Positions 60,271-61,038 of a stretch of DNA of 61,038 nucleotides are shown piece by piece. Made by a program: the position numbers and the translations under genes. This DNA comes from a virus. Under the pieces are notes generated by a model that saw only the letters and a program-made list of their open reading frames with translations, searched no databases and had not been told where the DNA came from. The number at the start of each line of letters is the position of its first letter. The stretch's first letter is position 1. Location: IMG/VR virus record IMGVR_UViG_3300045988_047031, positions 1-61,038 of that record; one strand, given 5' to 3'.

Positions 60271-60612
60271 ATGAAAGAAACATATAAATATGATGGTTGG
60301 TATCCTGGAGACGATAACGATGAAACACGATATGCGTTATTTATAGATGAGGTAACTAAACTAGCTTTGATAAAACCAATGTCTAAATCTGAACTTAAGG
60401 ATTTCGAAATGTTTAACTATTGCGAACCTGCAACATGGGACGCGTATGATAAACAAATGAAAGACGTAAATAAAGGTAAGACATTAGGATTATTATTGTT
60501 GGGAACAGTTGTCCCATTTACAGTAATTGCTATCTATCTAGGTCTCAAGAAAACTGGCCATATTAATAAGTTTAAAATGTGGTGTAAATCTAAATTCAAG
60601 AAGGCTGAGTAA
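60271..60612 (+). CDS. hypothetical protein with C-terminal TM (113 aa)
   Basis: N terminus is paralogous to 58529-58750; the C-terminal ...KKAE plus terminator are identical to the 55292 cassette. Confidence 0.7.
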   Translation: MKETYKYDGWYPGDDNDETRYALFIDEVTKLALIKPMSKSELKDFEMFNYCEPATWDAYDKQMKDVNKGKTLGLLLLGTVVPFTVIAIYLGLKKTGHINKFKMWCKSKFKKAE

Positions 60613-60636
60613 ATTACTCGGCTTTTCTTTTTTTTT
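60604..60636 (+). terminator. intrinsic terminator (duplicated module)
   Basis: same hairpin/T tract as 55430-55462. Confidence 0.7.
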
Positions 60637-60653
60637 CTAAGGAGGTAAATAAA

Positions 60654-60893
60654 ATGACAGATAAAGATTTCCTAAAATGGATGACTTCGAAATTAACTTT
60701 AAATCAATATCGTATGCTGGTAAAAATCGTTTATTCTTTTAAAAAATATACCATGATCGATGAACCAAAAACAGCAGCGTATTGTAATTTTAAAGATATT
60801 CAAGGTCGTTTTGTCGCAAGTGATATACCTAAATTCTTTGATGAAATGGGCAACCTCGTAAGTGACGAATATTTTAGACTCTTTGATTGCTAG
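60654..60893 (+). CDS. hypothetical protein (79 aa)
   Basis: AAGGAGG RBS. Confidence 0.7.
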   Translation: MTDKDFLKWMTSKLTLNQYRMLVKIVYSFKKYTMIDEPKTAAYCNFKDIQGRFVASDIPKFFDEMGNLVSDEYFRLFDC

Positions 60894-60983
60894 TATAATG
60901 ATAATGCTATTTTCTGGCCATATAATGAGACTCCCGAACAAGTAAAAGCTCGTAAACGCCTTATGAAGAAATGTGAAAATCAC

Positions 60984-61038
60984 AACACACCATACCGCTT
61001 CTTAAGAGTTTTTCGTGAGAACAAGTATGGCGAGATTA
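60984..61038. repeat. terminal direct repeat, copy 2
   Basis: identical to nt 1-55. Confidence 0.95.

Noticed and set aside
60891-61038. TAG read-through or recoding: the frame of 60654-60893 stays open for 63 more codons across the circular junction (…RLFDC*YNDNAIFWPYNETPEQVKARKRLMKKCENH… ending at nt 102). There is also a 39-codon ATG ORF from 60963 to 102
   Set aside because: TAG terminates many well-supported genes here (helicase, VRR-NUC, exonuclease, RNAP candidate and others), so global TAG reassignment is unlikely. The internal ATG has no RBS. The extension overlaps the 69-311 ORF, which is translationally coupled to the next gene. It is worth a look only if relatives show a fused gene.

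Overview
The window is a complete, circularly closed genome of a tailed dsDNA phage. The first 55 nt are identical to the last 55 nt, giving a unit length of 60,983 bp. The host looks Gram-positive, probably Lactobacillales-like: LPXTG sorting signal, CHAP/SH3 lysins, phi-LC3-type holin. Every credible gene is on the + strand.

Layout:
- 0.07-7.15 kb: small unknown genes plus a replication/recombination block (gp2.5/DUF2815-like SSB, SF2 helicase, VRR-NUC, PD-(D/E)XK nuclease).
- 7.16-8.68 kb: a 1.5-kb non-coding control region with nested perfect inverted repeats, TTCCCCAA/TTGGGGAA iterons and extended -10 boxes.
- 8.7-11.6 kb: a ~970-aa single-polypeptide two-barrel RNA polymerase candidate (DFDGD metal motif, YonO/RdRP-like) with HTH modules at both ends.
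- 11.7-40.9 kb: candidate cos region, HNH, TerL, portal, an in-frame protease-scaffold-capsid fusion, a siphovirus-type tail (major tail protein, 2,435-aa tape measure, Dit, Tal, fibres), holin, CHAP endolysin and a stand-alone binding-domain paralogue.
- 40.9-61.0 kb: about 45 mostly small genes arranged as terminator-promoter-RBS cassettes. This part also holds a 1,372-aa SF3 helicase-AEP primase-PolB fusion, a cysteine-less Spx-like protein and an LPXTG adhesin.

I saw no integrase, repressor, tRNA, rRNA or CRISPR array.

The most notable observation is the RNAP candidate together with 13 copies of a fixed-geometry 28-nt promoter-like element (TTTACA-N10-TAGAAAGAGAGG). Its spacing cannot fit a sigma-A promoter, and it occurs only outside the RNAP/structural/lysis block. 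All functional calls come from motif recognition by eye; no database search was run.
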